The notes beneath the pieces are model-generated. The model was not told the origin of the DNA and made no database searches. It saw only the letters and a program-made list of their open reading frames with translations. Positions 27,928-36,285 of a DNA stretch of 64,000 nucleotides are shown piece after piece. Every line of letters begins with the position of its first letter. Position 1 is the first letter of the stretch. Both the position numbers and the translations under genes were made by a program. Source of the stretch: a virus; the IMG/VR virus record IMGVR_UViG_3300035703_000021, positions 1 to 64,000 of that record, one strand, 5' to 3'.

Positions 27928-29805
27928 TTAAGGTCTGTATGTGGATGCATTTTTTAAATATCCGTCAGCACCACAAATCAATCCGACTCCACTGCAGGTG
28001 TAAATTCTTTGACCAGGAGAAATATTCACGGATGAACATAGATTTCCAGGTTGTTTCTTCTCACAAACACTATTTGCTTTTTGATCTTTAGTTACTTTAT
28101 CAACCTTTTGTCGTTCTGTCACACAAGCTGGACTTGTTGAGAATTGTTTTGCTGCTTGTCTACTAGAATCCGCCGCGTTCTGTACCATAGACATAGCAGC
28201 GGAATAATTTCTTGTTAATGCATTCAGCCCAGTCTTAGCATCTTCGGATTTCATAGAAGTATCAGTAGCTACCATTAAGTTTCTTGAGTCTGCATTAGGA
28301 TAAGTTGAGCGCGATGTTAACTCAGAACCCAAGTCCCCTCTTGCTTTGTTATAAAGAGAGTTATATTCCCCTCTTACATTAACCACTATTGTTTTTGTTT
28401 CCGATCCTGTTGGCTTGCTCTTTTGCTGAATTTGATAGAATTGGTCGGCGTATACGGCAGCTCTTTGGCATTTTTGGTAGAATTCTGTGGGGGTCAGTCC
28501 GTTTTGGCCAGTGGGTTTCTGGTTTGGTTGTCCTCCCCCTCCTGGATTGGAGTTTGCACCGGACGGGCTTGCGTTTCCGGAGGGATTCGAAGCCGAACTG
28601 CCAGGAGTGGCCGCACTGCCTTCAGTGGATAGGCGACCGGGCCTGGCCACGTCAACAAAGCCATCATTTATCGTCCACTCCGGCACCTGCTCCAGAGTAA
28701 AGGAGAGCTCGGCATTGACCACCTCCCCCTCGTCCCACATCTTCTCCTTGATATTAACGTTCTTGATCACACACGGGCCGAACACCCTCTTCCCCCACAC
28801 GAACTCGAGAACGTGGGGGCCATGCTGGCCTTCACCGTCGCGGGCCATAAAGAGCTCGATGAGTCCCTGCTCCAGGGCCTCGACCTTGCGCCCGAACACG
28901 AACCCATTGAGCAGTACGGAGTTGAATTTGAGCTGGGCGTTCTTGTTGTGGCTCCAGTGTAGAGGTTGACCAGAGTTGCCCTTATCGCTCACTCCCCACG
29001 TCTCGGCGTTCTTAAACTCCGGACCCACCTCCAGTTCTAACTCCGAGGGGTTGAAGAGGAACTGCCACATCATCTCGCCGGTGGCCGGGGCCGTAGTCCC
29101 TGCGCCCATAGCCCCTCCGGTGTAGGGTGGTTTGCCCTGCGAGATGCCAATAAGCGACTTTCCCACTCTTCCCAGGGCGCCCCAGAACCCGTTAGGGTTG
29201 GCGGATTTCACCGTGCCTAGCGCTGCGCCCTTAGCCGCCGATGCACCACGGGGCTGAGGTGTGGCGACATTCGACTGGGTGGTTTGTGCTGTGCTACTAG
29301 TCGGGGTTTGCGACGCCAGGGCCTGCTGCCTGCCAAAGTCGATCTGGGCTTCTAGAGTCTGTATATTGGCCTCGGCGACCTCGATGGGATTATCCACATC
29401 GCCATACGGATTGAAACCGTAGGTGCCTTTGACAGGATCGTAGTTGTTCGCCACCGAGTCGCGGTTCTCTATCGCCGCTTCGAGTTGTTCTCTCAGCTCC
29501 TGCTGTGAGTCGGCCGACGCGTTAGTCGCGGGTGCGGTATTGGCGGCTTGCTGAGCGGTGCCCGCTCTCTTCCAGATTCTTATGTACGCTGTATTGCCAC
29601 GCATCGATCCATCACCCAAAGCTTTCTGAAATCCGATAGTTTCTAGAGCTGAGTATACCTCAAGATTACCACCAAAGAAACTACGAGGTGCCCCAAAACC
29701 CGAGGAGGCGGGCGCTTGACCCTGACTCTCCTGAGGACTTGGGGCTTGGGAGTTAGCCTGGGCCCGGGCTGTATTCTGTTGGATGAGTTCGTCTCTTCCG
29801 GGCAT
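27928..29805 (-). CDS. Tail tube initiator / CIS-tube-domain protein
   Basis: FLFNPSEL..FVWG..CVIKNV..AELSFTLEQ. Confidence 0.75.
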   Translation of the reverse strand: MPGRDELIQQNTARAQANSQAPSPQESQGQAPASSGFGAPRSFFGGNLEVYSALETIGFQKALGDGSMRGNTAYIRIWKRAGTAQQAANTAPATNASADSQQELREQLEAAIENRDSVANNYDPVKGTYGFNPYGDVDNPIEVAEANIQTLEAQIDFGRQQALASQTPTSSTAQTTQSNVATPQPRGASAAKGAALGTVKSANPNGFWGALGRVGKSLIGISQGKPPYTGGAMGAGTTAPATGEMMWQFLFNPSELELEVGPEFKNAETWGVSDKGNSGQPLHWSHNKNAQLKFNSVLLNGFVFGRKVEALEQGLIELFMARDGEGQHGPHVLEFVWGKRVFGPCVIKNVNIKEKMWDEGEVVNAELSFTLEQVPEWTINDGFVDVARPGRLSTEGSAATPGSSASNPSGNASPSGANSNPGGGGQPNQKPTGQNGLTPTEFYQKCQRAAVYADQFYQIQQKSKPTGSETKTIVVNVRGEYNSLYNKARGDLGSELTSRSTYPNADSRNLMVATDTSMKSEDAKTGLNALTRNYSAAMSMVQNAADSSRQAAKQFSTSPACVTERQKVDKVTKDQKANSVCEKKQPGNLCSSVNISPGQRIYTCSGVGLICGADGYLKNASTYRP

Positions 29806-29833
29806 CTGACTCGGCCTGCTGGCACTATACTGA

Positions 29834-29845
29834 GTCTTTAAACCC
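29834..29845 (-). promoter_or_regulatory. Late-type promoter motif
   Basis: GGGTTTAAAGAC. Confidence 0.65.
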
Positions 29846-29852
29846 TAACCCG

Positions 29853-30149
29853 TCATTGGTACTTCCAGATGTAAGGACGAGTGGATGGAGGAGAGGGCTC
29901 TGTTTGATTAGAAGTTGTCGTTTGATTAGTGTTAGAAGCTGTGCTAGACTGGGGAGTAAACAGCGGAGAACTGTCAAAGGCTATTAGACCCTTATCCACC
30001 GAGAACTCTCCCCTGAACACTTCAGAACCGAGCTTGTTAAATAGCTCCGAGTCTTTAGTGGTGAAGTACTGACTTCCAGCAGCCAGTTCCTGCTGGGTAA
30101 CTGATACAGAGTTTCCAGATCCAAAGCCGTAGGTGTAGGAGTTTACCAT
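29853..30149 (-). CDS. Hypothetical late protein
   Basis: ORF with GATTAAAGAC motif upstream. Confidence 0.6.
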   Translation of the reverse strand: MVNSYTYGFGSGNSVSVTQQELAAGSQYFTTKDSELFNKLGSEVFRGEFSVDKGLIAFDSSPLFTPQSSTASNTNQTTTSNQTEPSPPSTRPYIWKYQ

Positions 30150-30169
30150 GCCTTTTCTTCGTCTTTAAT

Positions 30170-31159
30170 CTACACCGGGTCGTCGGCATGTGTGCTACTC
30201 CACTCGATGGCGTTCATCACAACACTTTTAGCATCCCAGTCCCAATCCGCGAAGTACGCGTTCTTCTCGATGGATTCTAGCATCCACTGGTACGCGGCGC
30301 TCCCAACCACCTCTGGCATTCGGGATAATCGACTGGCGTTACGCCACACGCATTCGTACCTAGATCCCTTGGAACCGTCGAAGGTCTCCACGTCCTTGAG
30401 AATCCCTAGGACCTTACGTTTGACGTAGGAGCGTTTGGATGCGGAGAGGCCGGCGAGCAGTGCCCTCTGGACCTTGGCATCTCCCCACTCGGTGCTGTCA
30501 GGCTTGGAGACGTTCCGCTCCCCCTTTACCAGGAATTTTTCCGCCTCGACGGATTTGGCGATCTTCTCCAGCGTTGCCACCTCCGCAACTGAGTCGGAAC
30601 TCACGCTGACGATGGAATCGGCGCGTGAGCCGAAGTAGAGCCTGGCGACATCGATGCACTGCCTATCCGCCCCTTCGAAAGCATGGGCTAGTGCCGTAGA
30701 GTAGAGCCGAGCAGTATCGAACTCGACGATTTCCTTCTCGACAAAGAGGATCCCACGGAGCTTGAAGTGCTCCGGAGTGCTGGAGAAGGAGTGATGGATG
30801 AGGTTGAAGGAGAGGCCTAAGGCTTCGGCTTGGGCCACTACGTCCTCCACGCTCTCGCCATTATCGAAGTCCAGCGCAAACACCTGGCAGCTCTTAAAGA
30901 GAGCCTCGATGCGGCGCGGACGTTTCCACTGCGGGCATTCGTTGAATACGAAAGGGCTCCAGGTCTGGCCACGAGAAACAAATCGTGCCAGGGAGGTTGG
31001 AGTGACCTTCTCGATCTCGGAGCCGATACGGGCGCCGATGACACGGACTTCGGAACGCGGGTTACCGAATTTGTCTACCTGGTCCTTGTACTGGAGTTTG
31101 GTGGAGGGTTTATGGTCCCACTGCTCGTGGTCGAGGGAGATTAGGGCGGAAGTTTTCAT
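30170..31159 (-). CDS. AEP-superfamily primase/polymerase-like protein
   Basis: ALDFD, HHSFSS..KLR, D..C.D.ARLYF. Confidence 0.75.
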   Translation of the reverse strand: MKTSALISLDHEQWDHKPSTKLQYKDQVDKFGNPRSEVRVIGARIGSEIEKVTPTSLARFVSRGQTWSPFVFNECPQWKRPRRIEALFKSCQVFALDFDNGESVEDVVAQAEALGLSFNLIHHSFSSTPEHFKLRGILFVEKEIVEFDTARLYSTALAHAFEGADRQCIDVARLYFGSRADSIVSVSSDSVAEVATLEKIAKSVEAEKFLVKGERNVSKPDSTEWGDAKVQRALLAGLSASKRSYVKRKVLGILKDVETFDGSKGSRYECVWRNASRLSRMPEVVGSAAYQWMLESIEKNAYFADWDWDAKSVVMNAIEWSSTHADDPV

Positions 31160-31312
31160 GGGACTATTATAGGATGAGAGGAAGGGGCCCCCTTCACATT
31201 TTTAACAAACCTAAACTGTGACAATGTGTGAGATCGTAAATTTATAACTTTTTATACTAAGTTGCCATAGAAAGAGCTTTTCTGACAAGCCTTAGGTAGG
31301 TTCTAAGGTAGT

Positions 31313-31450
31313 TCATCTCTTCTCTGCTTTATCCAGATAGTGCCTAATTGTTTGTGAGAGATTTTTAAAACCATTAGAAGCTTTCAGGATAAGTAATTGT
31401 TGATGGAGTGATTCGTCCACCTGGATAATTTTAGTGGATGCTTTTTTCAT
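31313..31450 (-). CDS. Ribbon-helix-helix DNA-binding protein (45 aa)
   Basis: MKKASTKIIQVDESLHQQLLILKASNGFKNLSQTIRHYLDKAEKR, read manually. Confidence 0.6.
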   Translation of the reverse strand: MKKASTKIIQVDESLHQQLLILKASNGFKNLSQTIRHYLDKAEKR

Positions 31451-31497
31451 AGGAACATGAAGTATTATAAATAATATATTCTATAAACTATAATTAT

Positions 31498-33342
31498 TTA
31501 TACTTTTTGAGGGTCGTAGGTAGGATCGTAGATCCAGTCAACGTTGGCCTTGGTGGTGTCGGAGAAGATCGGCTCCAGCTCCTCCTCGGTCATCTTGGAG
31601 ACGATAGACTGGGCCAGTTCGTAGATCTTGTTCTTCTCACCCTTCACCATCTCCCAGGTCCGAACGATGTGCGTCATCTTCTTGCCCATGGAGAAACCGT
31701 CGCGGAGTCGGAGGACTTCGAACACGTTCTCGGTTGTTAATGCTACGTCCTTATCATTCTTGTAGGCGTTGAAGATCTCGTAGGCTTTGTCGATGGAAGT
31801 GATAAGAAGCTTGCGCTGGGCCCAGTATGGGTGCCACTGAGACCGCTTGCGATCATTCCAGTTGTCCTTGAGAAGGTTGCGGAAGTTATCGGCTCGTTTG
31901 TCGATCATCAGAAACCGGGTGGCCTCCAGCACCTCGGCGAGGGAGCCGAGTGTCAGCTCCGGCAACCAGTTGCCCTGGGCCTGGCGATGGCGAATGGCGT
32001 AGGCCAGGAACCCGAACCGGATGAAACACTCGAGGGAGTTCTTGTGGATCTGGATTCCCATGTAGGGGAGAAGGGACTCGGAGTAGAAGTGGACATCATC
32101 GGCCTGGAGGCACTTACTCAGGAAGAAGTCGGTGCTGTCGCGAAGCACGCGAAGATAGAGCGACATCGGGTCAGTCTCGTATTTCTCACAGAGCCACTTA
32201 ATGTGGGAACCTGGATGGACGTCGTGGCCCTCCTTGTCGCTGATCTCCTCCAGCTCGAAGAGCCGGTAGGTGGAGATGGGCGCCAAGCGGCTGATCGCCC
32301 CGCTGTCGAGCGAGTAGGTGATCTCTGGTTTCCATTCGTTGCAGTTCGCCAAAATTACGGTATTGGCAACCACCTCAATAGCATCAACACCCTTCTGCTC
32401 GACCTTCTCCGTACCGCCGGTGACCACGGACTTGAAGCTGTGCGCTTTCAGCATCCGCTCAAGGCTATCGAGAGTCAGGTCGTCGTTGTAGGCTAGGTGG
32501 GATGTCACCACGCTTCCCTGATTGAAGCGGGAGCCGAAGTCGCCCATGGAGGAGACATCGTAACCGACGTACTTCATAGCGTTGAGGATGCCATTAAGCG
32601 TCAGCGTCTTGCCGACTCCGGGCTCGCCGATCACCACCCCAGCTTTACGGAATCCGTGCTCGAGGACTTTGTGAGTGCCCGGGTGGACTGCGCCCGTCCG
32701 GCCAACGCACGCCCGGCCGATGATCAGCTTCATCATCTGAGCCTCGTGGTGAGGGAAGATGCGGATGATGTTCTCAAATCCTAACTTTTGCAGCTCCTCC
32801 GAGAACCACTCCTTCTCCGGAACGTAAGCGTAGGTTTCCCTCACGGCGTCCTTGCGACCCTGCATAGTCGCCGGAGAGTGGGCGATACCGAGCTGGTACT
32901 GTCCACCTCCGAGCTTCTTGTGCCTCATGGCTTTGAGGTTCTCGACGCCTAGCACGTGGTCGGTGATCTCGCTGCTGCGACCGGATCGGTAGACGAAGAG
33001 CGGGGTCGCAAACTCCTGCTCGTCAGCGGAGAGCTCGTGGAGAACATCCTCGTCGAGGATTGTTTCCTGAGCGGTCTCTAGGCGGATCTCTGACGCGGGA
33101 ACGAGAAACTGGAACCAGTCGGGAAACTTCACCGACTTCGGAGCCATGGGGTCCTTGCCCGGATTATGCTCCTCGTAGAGGGAGTGGTAGCCGGTGAGTT
33201 TAGCGTCGTAGTTGAATCGGAGATAGTAGCCTCTGTTCTCGGCCCAGGCCAAGATCTTCTTGTACATCCGAGATGGGCCAATGGCGTCGGACGCGAGCGT
33301 ATCCTTCGCCGATGAGTGTCCTTGATTCTTCGATTCTGCCAT
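31498..33342 (-). CDS. SF3/D5-like P-loop helicase
   Basis: GEPGVGKT, AYNDD, FKSVVTG..VEQKG, ILANCN, GAISR. Confidence 0.8.
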   Translation of the reverse strand: MAESKNQGHSSAKDTLASDAIGPSRMYKKILAWAENRGYYLRFNYDAKLTGYHSLYEEHNPGKDPMAPKSVKFPDWFQFLVPASEIRLETAQETILDEDVLHELSADEQEFATPLFVYRSGRSSEITDHVLGVENLKAMRHKKLGGGQYQLGIAHSPATMQGRKDAVRETYAYVPEKEWFSEELQKLGFENIIRIFPHHEAQMMKLIIGRACVGRTGAVHPGTHKVLEHGFRKAGVVIGEPGVGKTLTLNGILNAMKYVGYDVSSMGDFGSRFNQGSVVTSHLAYNDDLTLDSLERMLKAHSFKSVVTGGTEKVEQKGVDAIEVVANTVILANCNEWKPEITYSLDSGAISRLAPISTYRLFELEEISDKEGHDVHPGSHIKWLCEKYETDPMSLYLRVLRDSTDFFLSKCLQADDVHFYSESLLPYMGIQIHKNSLECFIRFGFLAYAIRHRQAQGNWLPELTLGSLAEVLEATRFLMIDKRADNFRNLLKDNWNDRKRSQWHPYWAQRKLLITSIDKAYEIFNAYKNDKDVALTTENVFEVLRLRDGFSMGKKMTHIVRTWEMVKGEKNKIYELAQSIVSKMTEEELEPIFSDTTKANVDWIYDPTYDPQKV

Positions 33343-33370
33343 GCAATAAAAAAGTCCCATGCTAGATGGG

Positions 33371-33430
33371 ACTATTATAGATCAGTTGAGGGGCCCGAGT
33401 CAAGAGCCTGTGACCAGTTGTGATAGTTGC
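33371..33430 (-). promoter_or_regulatory. Early/middle-type promoter
   Basis: AACTGGTCAC box and TATAAT. Confidence 0.55.
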
Positions 33431-34674
33431 TCCTTGATGGAGGTTCGGAGGTCCTTGAGGCCGCGGAGCAGGGCTCTCAGCTCCTTAACGCACTTCTTAT
33501 CGTCGGCCTCGCGACACTGCCGCAGGTTCTCCGTCTCCTCTTTTATCTTGGAGTGCGTCTCAGAATCCTTGAGAGCGAGGTCTTTGCACTTCTCAAAAAT
33601 CTCAATGTCGGAGACTTTCTCCATGCAAAGAGTCCTATTCCGGCCGGTGAGCTCGGGGTGGGAGTTCTCGCGTCTGGACTTAGAGGCTCTGGAGAAGAAA
33701 GAGGTCTTGTCCTCGTGCCATGTTGCAGGGATTTCCGGGAGGAAAAGTCCCTTTCGTAAGAGAAAGGTTCTTGCGGACAGCATGTGATCTGACCGGTTGG
33801 ATGGAGTTGTATTGTTAAGTACTTTGAGTAGGCGTTTGGTATCTTCTTCTGTAAAACGCCATGTAGTATCTTCGTCATAAAGATCAAAAAATCGTAGCGG
33901 AGTGCCAGGGTAGAGATTATCGCCGAGGTCACCGTACTCGACTTTGAAGTCGTAGCAGCCTCTGGCGGTGGTGATATGCATTCCCTCCTTGCGGAGATAG
34001 TAATCGCAGACCTCGCGTTCCGAGCGAAGCCTAGGCAACCAGGGGCCGGTGTTGGCCCAGATGATCTGATGCTCGTCGGAGACGAGGCCCTGCCAGTCAC
34101 CATCCAAAGTCCCGAGAAGGATCTGGCGCTTGGCGAGTTTGGAGTTCTTGCGAGCTTTGCGCTTGAGCCTGCACACGTGCCCGGCGATGTCATCCGCCTC
34201 AAAGAACTCCTTGGCGAAGTAGTGGAAGGTGGAGCCGGGGGAGTTGATGTACTTGTACCCCTCGTCCTGGATGAGGTCGAAGAACTCGGTCTTCTCACCC
34301 CGCCCGCCTTTGTACTCAGCCATGTCGAGCTTGTGGGCCTCGATATGCCGCCAGTACCCCTTGCCACTCACGGAGGCTTCGGAGAAGTCCGCTGGAAGTT
34401 TGCCCTTAAGGTCGTCTGCCACAAGCCCCACGAAGGGCATGGGGCTAAGCATATCCGGCCCTCGGTTGAGGCGATAGGCCCACATGGCCTTGATTATCTT
34501 GCGAAGCTCCTCCTCAGAGCCATTCGCCACGTCCACAGCCGCTTCCGCGTAATTATTGATAAAGTGCGCACAGACCTTGAAATCGATGACGTAGACCGGA
34601 CAATAAGGATCGAGGACGGGCTCAAATACATCTTCGAGTAGGGTGGCGGTGTGGTCGTATTCGGGTAGGGGCAT
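33400..34674 (-). CDS. 5'-3' exonuclease / RNase H (FEN-like)
   Basis: VID, YWRH..YKGGR, EADD, DGDW, GD.GDN. Confidence 0.85.
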   Translation of the reverse strand: MPLPEYDHTATLLEDVFEPVLDPYCPVYVIDFKVCAHFINNYAEAAVDVANGSEEELRKIIKAMWAYRLNRGPDMLSPMPFVGLVADDLKGKLPADFSEASVSGKGYWRHIEAHKLDMAEYKGGRGEKTEFFDLIQDEGYKYINSPGSTFHYFAKEFFEADDIAGHVCRLKRKARKNSKLAKRQILLGTLDGDWQGLVSDEHQIIWANTGPWLPRLRSEREVCDYYLRKEGMHITTARGCYDFKVEYGDLGDNLYPGTPLRFFDLYDEDTTWRFTEEDTKRLLKVLNNTTPSNRSDHMLSARTFLLRKGLFLPEIPATWHEDKTSFFSRASKSRRENSHPELTGRNRTLCMEKVSDIEIFEKCKDLALKDSETHSKIKEETENLRQCREADDKKCVKELRALLRGLKDLRTSIKEQLSQLVTGS

Positions 34675-35519
34675 CAGTTCGCTACTTCCATCTTCGTTGC
34701 CGGGTGGGAGACGTAGTCGATGAGCTCGAAGTCGGTCTCGGGATCGAGGTCGAAGATGGGCTTCTCGTTATTGATCCATACATCGCACTGGGCCATAGGT
34801 GAGTTGGTGATGATCGACTTGATGGCGAGTTCGTTCTGGGAGTAGATGTGGTTGTTGGCCGAGGCGAACATCACGAACCGGGGAACCAGGTTGGCGTCCT
34901 GAGCCATCTTGGTGACAAGAAGGCCGTAGCGGAACATATCCAACGGCACCCCCGTCGCCATGTCGTTACTCCGGGCATTGACCATCAGATCAAGATGAGC
35001 CCCATCGCTAGAAAAAGTGAGGTTAGGATGACAAGGAGGGCAGTGAAGAGAATCGTAAGCAGGATTAAAAGTCTGAAGCACCAGTTGGCGATTGGTCGGG
35101 TTGGTGCGGAGCTGCTCCCAGATCCACTTGAGTTGGTCGAATGGTTCGGCACGGAAGTTCTCCCACTGCATATTCTGCTCGGGGCAGACTTGAGGCCAGG
35201 CCCTCCAGCTCCGGCCATAAGCCCCGGCCAGGCGTCCTTCGGCGTCGGCGAGGAAGTCCCAGAAGTGCTTGGCGGGGCCTAGATTGGTTACCTGGTAGTC
35301 GCCATTGACATCCCACATGAACTCACGGAAGAGGTTACGGACGGGCATCTTGCGGAGGGTAAGGGCTGGGAAGCCGTTCCGCAGATCGACTTTGATGGTC
35401 TGGCCGAACATCTGCTTGTATCGCAGATTGTTCCGGCCTACAACCTCGGTGCCCTCATCGAGGATCTCTCTGGCGATTTTGATGTACTGGAGGTCGAAGG
35501 ACAGGCAGGGCTGTGGCAT
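34674..35519 (-). CDS. Thymidylate synthase homolog, predicted dCMP methyl/hydroxymethyltransferase
   Basis: GFP.LT.RK, YG..WR, PPCH, RSNDMATGVPLD (Asp at the Asn177 position), HIY. Confidence 0.85.
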   Translation of the reverse strand: MPQPCLSFDLQYIKIAREILDEGTEVVGRNNLRYKQMFGQTIKVDLRNGFPALTLRKMPVRNLFREFMWDVNGDYQVTNLGPAKHFWDFLADAEGRLAGAYGRSWRAWPQVCPEQNMQWENFRAEPFDQLKWIWEQLRTNPTNRQLVLQTFNPAYDSLHCPPCHPNLTFSSDGAHLDLMVNARSNDMATGVPLDMFRYGLLVTKMAQDANLVPRFVMFASANNHIYSQNELAIKSIITNSPMAQCDVWINNEKPIFDLDPETDFELIDYVSHPATKMEVAN

Positions 35520-35572
35520 GGCTCACTGGTATGGGTTATGAGACCATTTTACCACAGCCGGGCCGGATTTGT

Positions 35573-35812
35573 CTAGGGTCCGAAATACTTCTCAACGAGG
35601 AGGCGCTGGAGCTTGACGAACTTGCGGAGGGGGTAGTTGTATTCCATGGCCCACTGGAGCAGGGACCGACTCCCCATCTCGATGAGTTCCATCTCCGGGT
35701 CCTCGGAGATCACTTCCTCCTTGGCGACGAAGAACTTCTCTCCGTCGTGGGCTACTACGAGCCAGGGCACGTCCTTATCAAACCGGACGGGCTTTGCGAT
35801 TCTTTCGATCAT
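35573..35812 (-). CDS. Hypothetical protein
   Basis: Coupled ORF. Confidence 0.65.
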   Translation of the reverse strand: MIERIAKPVRFDKDVPWLVVAHDGEKFFVAKEEVISEDPEMELIEMGSRSLLQWAMEYNYPLRKFVKLQRLLVEKYFGP

Positions 35813-36285
35813 TTGTTGTTAGATTTCTTGTGGGCTTCAATGATGTCCTCGGTGGATCGGGCTTTGGATAGAGCTTGGACTTGAGCCCGTGATAGTCCGC
35901 CGAGGTCTGTTTGTTTGTACCCGGGGCCTTTCGGCGTGGCTGAGGCACCAGGGACGCACGTTTTACCAGCACGTGTCGTTCCTGCCGGGCAGCGCCCCAG
36001 CGCTTTCCCCTTATAGAATACCATGGAATCGGCGTAATTGGCACCCCCGCCTTCGACATTGGAGGCAGATGAGGCTCTCTTAGCTTTAAGAATCTCCATG
36101 TAGTCTGCCTGGGAGAGTTTTGTTAACTTATCTCCAAAGAATAGATTTACATCCTCTGGTGACATCTTCTTGATGTAGAAGTAGTTTAACAGACTTTCGT
36201 GCTTTGACATCACGGACTTGGGATCTTTTACCCCAGAATCCTTCAAATACTGAAATATGGAGTTTTTCCAGTCTTTTATTCCCAT
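35809..36285 (-). CDS. Putative internal head protein
   Basis: RCPAGTTRAGKTCVP motif. Confidence 0.65.
   Translation of the reverse strand: MGIKDWKNSIFQYLKDSGVKDPKSVMSKHESLLNYFYIKKMSPEDVNLFFGDKLTKLSQADYMEILKAKRASSASNVEGGGANYADSMVFYKGKALGRCPAGTTRAGKTCVPGASATPKGPGYKQTDLGGLSRAQVQALSKARSTEDIIEAHKKSNNK

Noticed and set aside
34674-35519. Annotation as ordinary thyA
   Set aside because: Asp at the dUMP-specificity position and a co-resident thyX argue against it
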